From Squalus acanthias (lineage: Eukaryota): 50,024 nt of DNA. Under the pieces are notes generated by a model. The model saw nothing but the letters and a program-made list of their open reading frames with translations, had not been told where the DNA came from and searched no databases. Made by a program: the position numbers and the translations under genes. Shown here in pieces: positions 19,201 through 31,200 of this stretch. The stretch lies in NCBI GenBank assembly GCA_030390025.1, contig JASTWF010000358.1, positions 434,001 to 484,024 on the forward strand. The letters are read 5' to 3'. Position 1 is the stretch's first letter; every line of letters begins with the position of its first letter.

Positions 19201-22200
19201 TGAGTGTCTGCTGCAGTGAGTGTGTGCTGCAGTGAGTGTGTGTAATGCAGTGAGTGTGTGCTGCAGTGAGTATGTGTAGTGCAGTGAGTGTGTGTAGTGC
19301 AATGAGTGTGTGCTGCAGTGAGGGTGTGCTGCAGTGAGGGTGTGCTGCAGTGAGGGTGTGTAGTGCAATGAGTGTGTGTAGTGCAGTGAGTGTGTGCTGC
19401 AGTGAGTGTGTGCGCTGCAGTGAGTGTGTGCTGCAGTGAGTCTGTGTAGTGCAGTGAGTGTGTGCTGCAGTGAGTGTGTAGTGCAGTGAGTGTGAGCTGC
19501 AGTGAGTGTGAGCTGCAGTGAGTGTGAGCTGCGTGAGTGTGTGCTGCAGTGAGTGCGTGCTGCAGTGAGTGTGTGCTGCAGTGTGTGTGCAGTGCAGTGA
19601 GTGTGTGCTGCAGTGTGTGTGTAGTGCAGTGAGTGTGTGCTGCAGTGAGTGTGTGCTGCAGTGAGTGTGTGCTGCAGTGAGTGTGTGCGCTGCAGTGAGT
19701 GTGTGCGCTGCAGTGAGTGTGTTTAATGCAGTGAATGTGAGCTGCAGTGAGTGTGTGCTGCAGTGAGTCGGTGTAGTGTAGTAAGTGTGCACTGCAGTGA
19801 GTGTGCGCTCCCATGAGTGTGTGCTGCAGTGAGTGTGAGCTTGAGTGAGTGTGTGCTGCGGTGCGTGTGCGCTGCAGTGAGTGTGTGCTGCGGTGAGTGT
19901 GTGTTGTGGTGAGTGTGTGTAGTGCAGTGAGTGTGTGCGCTGCAGTGAGTGTGTTCTGCGGTGAATGTGTGTTGCGGTGAGTGTGTGCTGAGGCGAGTGT
20001 GTGGAATGCAGCGAGTGTGTGCTGCAGTGAGTGTGTGTAGTGCAGTGAGTGTGTGCTGCAGTGAGTGTGTGCTGCAGTGAGTGTGTGTTGCGGTGAGTGT
20101 GTGCTGCAGTGAGTATGTGCTGCAGTGAGTGTGTGCTGCGGTGAGTGTGCCCTGCAGTGAGTGTGTGTAGTGCAGTGAGTGCATGCTGCAGTGAGTGTGT
20201 GCTGCAGTGAGTGTGTGCTGCAGTGTGTGTGTGCTGCAGTGAGTGTGCGCTGCAGTGAGTGTGTGCTGCGGTGAGTGTGTGTTGCGGTGAGTGTGTGTAG
20301 TGCAGTGAGTGTGCGCGCTGCAGTGAGTGTGTGCTGCGGTGAGTGTGTGTTGCGGTGAGTGTGTGTAGTGCAGTGAGTGTGTGCTGCAGTGAGTGTGGGT
20401 AGTGCAGTGAGTGTGCGCTGCAATGAGTGTGTGTTGCGGTGAGTGTGTGCTGCAGTGAGTGTGTGCTGCAGTGAGTGTGTGCTGCGGTGAGTGTGTGTTG
20501 GAGTGAGTGTGTGCTGCATGAGTGTATGTGCTGCAGTGAGTGTGTGTAGTGCAGTGAGTGTGTGCTGCAGTGAGTGTGTGTAGTGCAGTGAGTGTGTAGT
20601 GCAGTGAGTGTGCGCTGCAGTGAGTGTGTGTAGTGCAGTGAGTGTGTGCTGCAGTGAGTGTGTGTAGTGCAGTGAGTGTGTAGTGCAGTGAGTGTGTGCT
20701 GCAGTGAGTGTGCTGCAGTGAGTCTGTGCTGCAGTGAGTGTGTGTGCTGCAGTGAGTGTGTGCTGCAGTGAGTTTGTGCTGCAGTGAGTGTGTAGTGCAG
20801 TGAGTGTGTGCTGCAGTGAGTGTGTGCTGCAGTGAGTGTGTGCTGCAGTGAGTGTGCGCTGGTGAGTGTGTGCTGCAGTGAGTGTGTGCTGCAGTGAGTG
20901 TGTGTAGTGCAGTGAGTGTGTGCTGCAGTGAGTATGTGTAGTGCAGAGAGTGTGTGTAGTGCAATGAGTGTGTGCTGCAGTGAGGGTGTGCCGCAGTGAG
21001 GGTGTGCTGCAGTGAGGGTGTGTAGTGCAATGAGTGTGTGCAGTGCAGTGAGTGTGTGCTGCAGTGAGTGTGTGCGCTGCAGTGAGTGTGTGCTGCAGTG
21101 AGTCTGTGTAGTGCAGTGAGTGTGTGCTGCAGTGAGTGTGTGCGCTGCAGTGAGTGTGTGCGCTGCAGTGAGTGTGTGTGCTGCAGTGAGTGTGTTTAAT
21201 GCAGTGAATGTGAGCTGCAGTGAGTGTGTGCTGCAGTGAGTGTGTGTAGTGCAGTGAGTGTGTGCTGCAGTGAGTGTGTGCTGCAGTGAATGTGCGTAGT
21301 GCAGTGAATGTGTGCTGCAGTGAGTGTGTGCTCTGCAGTGAGTGTGTGTAGTGCAGTGAGTGTGTGCTGCAGTGAGTGTGTGTAGTGCAGTGAGTGTGCA
21401 CTGCAGTGAGTGTGCGCTGCAGTGAGTGTGTGCTGCAGTGAGTGTGTAGTGCAGTGAGTGTGAGCTGCAGTGAGTGTGAGCTGCAGTGAGTGTGAGCTGC
21501 GTGAGTGTGTGCTGCAGTGAGTGCGTGCTGCAGTGAGTGTGTGCTGCAGTGTGTGTGCAGTGCAGTGAGTGTGTGCTGCAGTGTGTGTGTAGTGCAGTGA
21601 GTGTGTGCTGCAGTGAGTGTGTGCTGCGTTGCGTGTGCGCTGCAGTGAGTGTGTGCTGCGGTGAGTGTGTTTAATGCAGTGAATGTGAGCTGCAGTGAGT
21701 GTGTGCTGCAGTGAGTGTGTGTAGTGCAGTGAGTGTGTGCTGCAGTGAGTGTGTGCTGCAGTGAATGTGCGTAGTGCAGTGAATGTGTGCTGCAGTGAGT
21801 GTGTGCTCTGCAGTGAGTGTGTGTAGTGCAGTGAGTGTGTGCTGCAGTGAGTGTGTGTAGTGCAGTGAGTGTGCACTGCAGTGAGTGTGCGCTGCAGTGA
21901 GTGTGTGCTGCAGTGAGTGTGTAGTGCAGTGAGTGTGAGCTGCAGTGAGTGTGAGCTGCAGTGAGAGTGAGCTGCGTGAGTGTGTGCTGCAGTGAGTGCG
22001 TGCTGCAGTGAGTGTGTGCTGCAGTGTGTGTGCAGTGCAGTGAGTGTGTGCTGCAGTGTGTGTGTAGTGCAGTGAGTGTGTGCTGCAGTGAGTGTGTGCT
22101 GCGTTGCGTGTGCGCTGCAGTGAGTGTGTGCTGCGGTGAGTGTGTGTTGCGGTGAGTGTGTGTAGTGCAGTGAGTGTGTGCGCTGCAGTGAGTGTGTTCT

Positions 22201-25200
22201 GCGGTGAATGTGTGTTGCGGTGAGTGTGTGCTGAGGCGAGTGTGTGGAGTGCAGAGAGTGTGTGCTGCAGTGAGTGTGTGTAGTGCAGTGAGTGTGTGCT
22301 GCAGTGAGTGTGTGCTGCAGTGAGTGTGTGTTGCGGTGAGTGTGTGCTGCAGTGAGTATGTGCTGCAGTGAGTGTGTGCTGCGGTGAGTGTGTGCTGCGG
22401 TGAGTGTGTGTTGCAGTGAGTGTGTGTGCTGCATGAGTGTGTGCCCTGCAGTGAGTGTGTGTAGTGCAGTGAGTGCATGCTGCAGTGAGTGTGTGCTGCA
22501 GTGAGTGTGTGCTGCAGTGAGTGTGTGTGCTGCAGTGAGTGTGTGCTGCAGTGAGTGTGTGCTGCAGTGAGTGTGTGCTGCAGTGTGTGTGTGCTGCAGT
22601 GAGTGTGTGCTGCAGTGAGTGTGTGTGCTGCAGTGAGTGTGTGCTGCAGTGAGTGTGTGCGCTGCAATGAGTGTGTGCGCTGCAGTGAGTGTGTGTGCTG
22701 CAGTGAGTGTGTTTAATGGAGTGAATGTGAGCTGCAGTGAGTGTGTGCTGCAGTGAGTGTCTGTAGTGTAGTGAGCGTGTGCTGCAGTGAGTGTGGCTGC
22801 AGTGAGTGTGAGCTTGAGTGAGTGTGTGCTGCGGTGAGTGTGTGCTTCAGTGAGTGTGAGCTTGAGTCAGTGTGTGCTGCGGTGAGTGTGTGCTGCAGTG
22901 AGTGTGTGCTGCGGTGAGTGTGTGCTGCGGTGAGTGTGTGCTGCAGTGAGTGTGTGCTGCAGTGAGTGTGCGTTGCAGTGAGTGTGTGCTGCATGAGTGT
23001 GTGCGCTGCAGTGAGTGTGTGTATTGCAGTGAGTGTGTGTAGTGCAGTGAGTGTGAGCTGCAGTGAGTGTGAGCTGCAGTGAGTGTGAGCTGCAGTGAGT
23101 GTGTGTAGTGCAATGAGTGTGTGCTGCAGTGAGGGTGTGCCGCAGTGAGGGTGTGCTGCAGTGAGGGTGTGTAGTGCAATGAGTGTGTGCAGTGCAGTGA
23201 GTGTGTGCTGCAGTGAGTGTGTGCGCTGCAGTGAGTGTGTGCTGCAGTGAGTCTGTGTAGTGCAGTGAGTGTGTGCTGCAGTGAGTGTGTGCGCTGCAGT
23301 GAGTGTGTGCGCTGCAGTGAGTGTGTGTGCTGCAGTGAGTGTGTTTAATGCAGTGAATGTGAGCTGCAGTGAGTGTGTGCTGCAGTGAGTGTGTGTAGTG
23401 CAGTGAGTGTGTGCTGCAGTGAGTGTGTGCTGCAGTGAATGTGCGTAGTGCAGTGAATGTGTGCTGCAGTGAGTGTGTGCTCTGCAGTGAGTGTGTGTAG
23501 TGCAGTGAGTGTGTGCTGCAGTGAGTGTGTGTAGTGCAGTGAGTGTGCACTGCAGTGAGTGTGCGCTGCAGTGAGTGTGTGCTGCAGTGAGTGTGTAGTG
23601 CAGTGAGTGTGAGCTGCAGTGAGTGTGAGCTGCAGTGAGTGTGAGCTGCGTGAGTGTGTGCTGCAGTGAGTGCGTGCTGCAGTGAGTGTGTGCTGCAGTG
23701 TGTGTGCAGTGCAGTGAGTGTGTGCTGCAGTGTGTGTGTAGTGCAGTGAGTGTGTGCTGCAGTGAGTGTGTGCTGCGTTGCGTGTGCGCTGCAGTGAGTG
23801 TGTGCTGCGGTGAGTGTGTGTTGCGGTGAGTGAGTGTAGTGCAGTGAGTGTGTGCGCTGCAGTGAGTGTGTTCTGCGGTGAATGTGTGTTGCGGTGAGTG
23901 TGTGCTGAGGCGAGTGTGTGGAGTGCAGAGAGTGTGTGCTGCAGTGAGTGTGTGTAGTGCAGTGAGTGTGTGCTGCAGTGAGTGTGTGCTGCAGTGAGTG
24001 TGTGTTGCGGTGAGTGTGTGCTGCAGTGAGTATGTGCTGCAGTGAGTGTGTGCTGCGGTGAGTGTGTGCTGCGGTGAGTGTGTGTTGCAGTGAGTGTGTG
24101 TGCTGCATGAGTGTGTGCCCTGCAGTGAGTGTGTGTAGTGCAGTGAGTGCATGCTGCAGTGAGTGTGTGCTGCAGTGAGTGTGTGCTGCAGTGAGTGTGT
24201 GTGCTGCAGTGAGTGTGTGCTGCAGTGAGTGTGTGCTGCAGTGTGTGTGTGCTGCAGTGAGTGTGTGCTGCAGTGAGTGTGTGTGCTGCAGTGAGTGTGT
24301 GCTGCAGTGAGTGTGTGCGCTGCAGTGAGTGTGTGCGCTGCAGTGAGTGTGTGTGCTGCAGTGAGTGTGTTTAATGGAGTGAATGTGAGCTGCAGTGAGT
24401 GTGTGCTGCAGTGAGTGTCTGTAGTGTAGTGAGCGTGTGCTGCAGTGAGTGTGGCTGCAGTGAGTGTGAGCTTGAGTGAGTGTGTGCTGCGGTGAGTGTG
24501 TGCTTCAGTGAGTGTGAGCTTGAGTCAGTGTGTGCTGCGGTGAGTGTGTGCTGCAGTGAGTGTGTGCTGCAGTGAGTGTGTGCTGCGGTGAGTGTGTGCT
24601 GCAGTGAGTGTGAGCTGCAGTGAGTGTGAGCTGCGTGAGTGTGTGCTGCAGTGAGTGCGTGCTGCAGTGAGTGTGTGCTGCAGTGTGTGTGCAGTGCAGT
24701 GAGTGTGTGCTGCAGTGTGTGTGTAGTGCAGTGAGTGTGTGCTGCGTTGCGTGTGCGCTGCAGTGAGTGTGTGCTGCGGTGAGTGTGTGTTGCGGTGAGT
24801 GTGTGTAGTGCAGTGAGTGTGTGCGCTGCAGTGAGTGTGTTCTGCGGTGAATGTGTGTTGCGGTGAGTGTGTGCTGAGGCGAGTGTGTGGAGTGCAGAGA
24901 GTGTGTGCTGCAGTGAGTGTGTGTAGTGCAGTGAGTGTGTGCTGCAGTGAGTGTGTGCTGCAGTGAGTGTGTGTTGCGGTGAGTGTGTGCTGCAGTGAGT
25001 ATGTGCTGCAGTGAGTGTGTGCTGCGGTGAGTGTGTGCTGCGGTGAGTGTGTGTTGCAGTGAGTGTGTGTGCTGCATGAGTGTGTGCCCTGCAGTGAGTG
25101 TGTGTAGTGCAGTGAGTGCATGCTGCAGTGAGTGTGTGCTGCAGTGAGTGTGTGCTGCAGTGAGTGTGTGTGCTGCAGTGAGTGTGTGCTGCAGTGAGTG

Positions 25201-28200
25201 TGTGCTGCAGTGTGTGTGTGCTGCAATGAGTGTGTGCTGCAGTGAGTGTGTGTGCTGCAGTGAGTGTGTGCTGCAGTGAGTGTGTGCGCTGCAATGAGTG
25301 TGTGCGCTGCAGTGAGTGTGTGTGCTGCAGTGAGTGTGTTTAATGGAGTGAATGTGAGCTGCAGTGAGTGTGTGCTGCAGTGAGTGTCTGTAGTGTAGTG
25401 AGCGTGTGCTGCAGTGAGTGTGGCTGCAGTGAGTGTGAGCTTGAGTGAGTGTGTGCTGCGGTGAGTGTGTGCTTCAGTGAGTGTGAGCTTGAGTCAGTGT
25501 GTGCTGCGGTGAGTGTGTGCTGCAGTGAGTGTGTGCTGCAGTGAGTGTGTGCTGCGGTGAGTGTGTGCTGCGGTGAGTGTGTGCTGCAGTGAGTGTGTGC
25601 TGCAGTGAGTGTGCGTTGCAGTGAGTGTGTGCTGCATGAGTGTGTGCGCTGCAGTGAGTGTGTGTATTGCAGTGAGTGTGTGTAGTGCAGTGAGTGTGTA
25701 GTGCAGTGAGTGTGTGCTGCAGTGAGTGTGTGTAGTGCAGTGAGTGTGTGCTGCAGTGAGTGTGTGCTGCAGTGAGCGTGTGCTGCAGTGAGTGTGTGCT
25801 GCAGTGAGTGTGCACTGGTGTGTGTGTGCTGCAGTGAGTGTGTGCTGCAGTGAGGGTGTGCTGCAGTGAGGGTGTGTAGTGCAATGAGTGTGTGTAGTGC
25901 AGTGAGTGTGTGCTGCAGTGAGTGTGTGCGCTGCAGTGAGTGTGTGCTGCAGTGAGTCTGTGTAGTGCAGTGAGTGTGTGCTGCAGTGAGTGTGTGCGCT
26001 GCAGTGAGTGTGTGCGCTGCAGTGAGTGTGTGTGCTGCAGTGAGTGTGTTTAATGCAGTGAATGTGAGCTGCAGTGAGTGTGTGCTGCAGTGAGTGTGTG
26101 TAGTGCAGTGAGTGTGTGCTGCAGTGAGTGTGTGCTGCAGTGAATGTGCGTAGTGCAGTGAGTGTGTGCTGCAGTGAGTGTGTGCTGCAGTGAATGTGTG
26201 TAGTGCAGTGAGTGTGTGCTGCAGTGAGTGTGTGTAGTGCAGTGAGTGTGCACTGCAGTGAGTGTGTGCTGCAGTGAGTGTGTGCTGCAGTGAGTGTGTA
26301 GTGCAGTGAGTGTGAGCTGCAGTGAGTGTGAGCTGCAGTGTGTGTGCGCTGCAGTGAGTGTGTGCTGCAGTGAGTGCGTGCTGCAGTGAGTGTGTGCTGC
26401 AGTGTGTGTGCAGTGCAGTGAGTGTGTGCTGCAGTGTGTGTGTAGTGCAGTGAGTGTGTGCTGCAGTGAGTGTGTGCTGCAGTGAGTGTGTGCTGCAGTG
26501 AGTGTGTGCGCTGCAGTGAGTGTGTGCGCTGCAGTGAGTGTGTTTAATGCAGTGATTGTGAGCTGCAGTGAGTGTGTGCTGCAGTGAGTCTGTGTAGTGT
26601 AGTAAGTGTGCACTGCAGTGAGTGTGCGCTCCCATGAGTGTGTGCTGCAGTGAGTGTGAGCTTGAGTGAGTGTGTGCTGCGGTGCGTGTGCGCTGCAGTG
26701 AGTGTGTGTTGCGGTGAGTGTGTGTAGTGCAGTGAGTGTGTGCGCTGCAGTGAGTGTGTTCTGCGGTGAATGTGTGTTGCGGTGAGTGTGTGCTGAGGCG
26801 AGTGTGTGGAGTGCAGCGAGTGTGTGCTGCAGTGAGTGTGTGTAGTGGAGTGACTGTGTGCTGCAGTGAGTGTGTGCTGCGGTGAGTGTGTGCTGCGGTG
26901 AGTGTGTGCTGCATGAGTGTGTGCCCTGCAGTGAGTGTGTGTAGTGCAGTGAGTGCATGCTGCAGTGAGTGTGTGCTGCAGTGAGTGTGTGCTGCAGTGA
27001 GTGTGTGCTGCAGTGTGTGTGTGCTGCAGTGAGTGTGTGCTGCAGTGAGTGTGTGCTGCAGTGAGTGTGTGCTGCAGTGTGTGTGTGCTGCAGTGAGTGT
27101 GTGCTGCAGTGAGTGTGTGCTGCAGTGAGTGTGTGCTGCAGTGTGTGTGTGCTGCAGTGAGTGTGTGCTGCAGTGAGTGTGTGTGCTGCAGTGAGTGTGT
27201 GCGCTGCAATGAGTGTGTGCGCTGCAGTGAGTGTGTGTGCTGCAGTGAGTGTGTTTAATGGAGTGAATGTGAGCTGCAGTGAGTGTATGTGCTGCAGTGA
27301 GTGTGTGTAGTGCAGTGAGTGTGTGCTGCAGTGAGTGTGTGTAGTGCAGTGAGTGTGTAGTGCAGTGAGTGTGCGCTGCAGTGAGTGTGTGTAGTGCAGT
27401 GAGTGTGTGCTGCAGTGAGTGTGAGATGCATTGGGTGTGTGCAGCAGTGAGTGTGTGCTGCAGTGAGTGTGTAGTGCAGTGAGTGTGCTGCAGTGAGTCT
27501 GTGCTGCAGTGAGTGTGTGCTGCAGTGAGTGTGTGTGCTGCAGTGAGTGTGTGCTGCAGTGAGTTTGTGCTGCAGTGAGTGTGTGCTGCAGTGAGTGTGT
27601 GCTGCAGTGAGTGTGTGTAGTGCAGTGAGTGTGTGCTGCAGTGAGTATGTGTAGTGCAGTGAGTGTGTGTAGTGCAATGAGTGTGTGCTGCAGTGAGGGT
27701 GTGCTGCAGTGAGGGTGTGCTGCAGTGAGGGTGTGTAGTGCAATGAGTGTGTGTAGTGCAGTGAGTGTGTGCTGCAGTGAGTGTGTGCGCTGCAGTGAGT
27801 GTGTGCTGCAGTGAGTCTGTGTAGTGCAGTGAGTGTGTGCTGCAGTGAGTGTGTGCTGCAGTGTGTGTGCAGTGCAGTGAGTGTGTGCTGCAGTGTGTGT
27901 GTAGTGCAGTGAGTGTGTGCTGCAGTGAGTGTGTGCTGCAGTGAGTGTGTGCGCTGCAGTGAGTCTGTGTAGTGTAGTAAGTGTGCACTGCAGTGAGTGT
28001 GCGCTCCCATGAGTGTGTGCTGCAGTGAGTGTGAGCTTGAGTGAGTGTGTGCTGCGGTGCGTGTGCGCTGCAGTGAGTGTGTGCTGCGGTGAGTGTGTGT
28101 TGTGGTGAGTGTGTGTAGTGCAGTGAGTGTGTGCGCTGCAGTGAGTGTGTTCTGCGGTGAATGTGTGTTGCGGTGAGTGTGTGCTGAGGCGAGTGTGTGG

Positions 28201-31200
28201 AGTGCAGCGAGTGTGTGCTGCAGTGAGTGTGTGTAGTGCAGTGAGTGTGTGCTGCAGTGAGTGTGTGCTGCAGTGAGTGTGTGTTGCGGTGAGTGTGTGC
28301 TGCAGTGAGTATGTGCTGCAGTGAGTGTGTGCTGCGGTGAGTGTGTGCTGCGGTGAGTGTGTGTTGCAGTGAGTGTGTGCTGCATGAGTGTGTGCCCTGC
28401 AGTGAGTGTGTGTAGTGCAGTGAGTGCATGCTGCAGTGAGTGTGTGCTGCAGTGAGTGTGTGCTGCAGTGAGTGTGTGCTGAGGCGAGTGTGTGGAGTGC
28501 AGCGAGTGTGTGCTGCAGTGAGTGTGTGTAGTGCAGTGAGTGTGTGCTGCAGTGAGTGTGTGCTGCAGTGAGTGTGTGTTGCGGTGAGTGTGTGCTGCAG
28601 TGAGTATGTGCTGCAGTGAGTGTGTGCTGCGGTGAGTGTGTGCTGCGGTGAGTGTGTGTTGCAGTGAGTGTGTGCTGCATGAGTGTGTGCCCTGCAGTGA
28701 GTGTGTGTAGTGCAGTGAGTGCATGCTGCAGTGAGTGTGTGCTGCAGTGAGTGTGTGCTGCAGTGAGTGTGTGTGCTGCAGTGAGTGTGTGCTGCAGTGA
28801 GTGTGTGCTGCAGTGAGTGTGTGCTGCAGTGTGTGTGTGCTGCAGTGAGTGTGTGCTGCAGTGAGTGTGTGTGCTGCAGTGAGTGTGTGCTGCAGTGAGT
28901 GTGTGCGCTGCAATGAGTGTGTGCGCTGCAGTGAGTGTGTGTGCTGCAGTGAGTGTGTTTAATGGAGTGAATGTGAGCTGCAGTGAGTGTGTGCTGCAGT
29001 GAGTGTGTGTTGCAGTGAGTGTGTGCTGCATGAGTGTATGTGCTGCAGTGAGTGTGTGCAGTGCAGTGAGTGTGTGCTGCAGTGAGTGTGTGTAGTGCAG
29101 TGAGTGTGTAGTGCAGTGAGTGTGCGCTGCAGTGAGTGTGTGTAGTGCAGTGAGTGTGTGCTGCAGTGAGTGTGAGATGCATTGGGTGTGTGCAGCAGTG
29201 AGTGTGTGCTGCAGTGAGTGTGTAGTGCAGTGAGTGTGCTGCAGTGAGTCTGTGCTGCAGTGAGTGTGCTCTGCAGTGAGTGTGTGTAGTGCAGTGAGTG
29301 TGTGCTGCAGTGAGTGTGTGTAGTGCAGTGAGTGTGCACTGCAGTGAGTGTGCGCTGCAGTGAGTGTGTGCTGCAGTGAGTGTGTAGTGCAGTGAGTGTG
29401 AGCTGCAGTGAGTGTGAGCTGCAGTGAGTGTGAGCTGCGTGAGTGTGTGCTGCAGTGAGTGCGTGCTGCAGTGAGTGTGTGCTGCAGTGTGTGTGCAGTG
29501 CAGTGAGTGTGTGCTGCAGTGTGTGTGTAGTGCAGTGAGTGTGTGCTGCAGTGAGTGTGTGCTGCGGTGCGTGTGCGCTGCAGTGAGTGTGTGCTGCGGT
29601 GAGTGTGTGTTGCGGTGAGTGAGTGTAGTGCAGTGAGTGTGTGCGCTGCAGTGAGTGTGTTCTGCGGTGAATGTGTGTTGCGGTGAGTGTGTGCTGAGGC
29701 GAGTGTGTGGAGTGCAGAGAGTGTGTGCTGCAGTGAGTGTGTGTAGTGCAGTGAGTGTGTGCTGCAGTGAGTGTGTGCTGCAGTGAGTGCGTGTTGCGGT
29801 GAGTGTGTGCTGCAGTGAGTATGTGCTGCAGTGAGTGTGTGCTGCGGTGAGTGTGTGCTGCGGTGAGTGTGTGTTGCAGTGAGTGTGTGTGCTGCATGAG
29901 TGTGTGCCCTGCAGTGAGTGTGTGTAGTGCAGTGAGTGCATGCTGCAGTGAGTGTGTGCTGCAGTGAGTGTGTGCTGCAGTGAGTGTGTGTGCTGCAGTG
30001 AGTGTGTGCTGCAGTGAGTGTGTGCTGCAGTGAGTGTGTGCTGCAGTGTGTGTGTGCTGCAGTGAGTGTGTGCTGCAGTGAGTGTGTGTGCTGCAGTGAG
30101 TGTGTGCTGCAGTGAGTGTGTGCGCTGCAATGAGTGTGTGCGCTGCAGTGAGTGTGTGTGCTGCAGTGAGTGTGTTTAATGGAGTGAATGTGAGCTGCAG
30201 TGAGTGTGTGCTGCAGTGAGTGTCTGTAGTGTAGTGAGCGTGTGCTGCAGTGAGTGTGGCTGCAGTGAGTGTGAGCTTGAGTGAGTGTGTGCTGCGGTGA
30301 GTGTGTGCTTCAGTGAGTGTGAGCTTGAGTCAGTGTGTGCTGCGGTGAGTGTGTGCTGCAGTGAGTGTGTGCTGCAGTGAGTGTGTGCTGCGGTGAGTGT
30401 GTGCTGCGGTGAGTGTGTGCTGCAGTGAGTGTGTGCTGCAGTGAGTGTGCGTTGCAGTGAGTGTGTGCTGCATGAGTGTGTGCGCTGCAGTGAGTGTGTG
30501 TATTGCAGTGAGTGTGTGTAGTGCAGTGAGTGTGAGCTGCAGTGAGTGTGAGCTGCAGTGAGTGTGAGCTGCGTGAGTGTGTGCTGCAGTGAGTGCGTGC
30601 TGCAGTGAGTGTGTGCTGCAGTGTGTGTGCAGTGCAGTGAGTGTGTGCTGCAGTGTGTGTGTAGTGCAGTGAGTGTGTGCTGCAGTGAGTGTGTGCTGCG
30701 TTGCGTGTGCGCTGCAGTGAGTGTGTGCTGCGGTGAGTGTGTGTTGCGGTGAGTGTGTGTAGTGCAGTGAGTGTGTGCGCTGCAGTGAGTGTGTTCTGCG
30801 GTGAATGTGTGTTGCGGTGAGTGTGTGCTGAGGCGAGTGTGTGGAGTGCAGAGAGTGTGTGCTGCAGTGAGTGTGTGTAGTGCAGTGAGTGTGTGCTGCA
30901 GTGAGTGTGTGCTGCAGTGAGTGTGTGTTGCGGTGAGTGTGTGCTGCAGTGAGTATGTGCTGCAGTGAGTGTGTGCTGCGGTGAGTGTGTGCTGCGGTGA
31001 GTGTGTGTTGCAGTGAGTGTGTGTGCTGCATGAGTGTGTGCCCTGCAGTGAGTGTGTGTAGTGCAGTGAGTGCATGCTGCAGTGAGTGTGTGCTGCAGTG
31101 AGTGTGTGCTGCAGTGAGTGTGTGTGCTGCAGTGAGTGTGTGCTGCAGTGAGTGTGTGCTGCAGTGTGTGTGTGCTGCAATGAGTGTGTGCTGCAGTGAG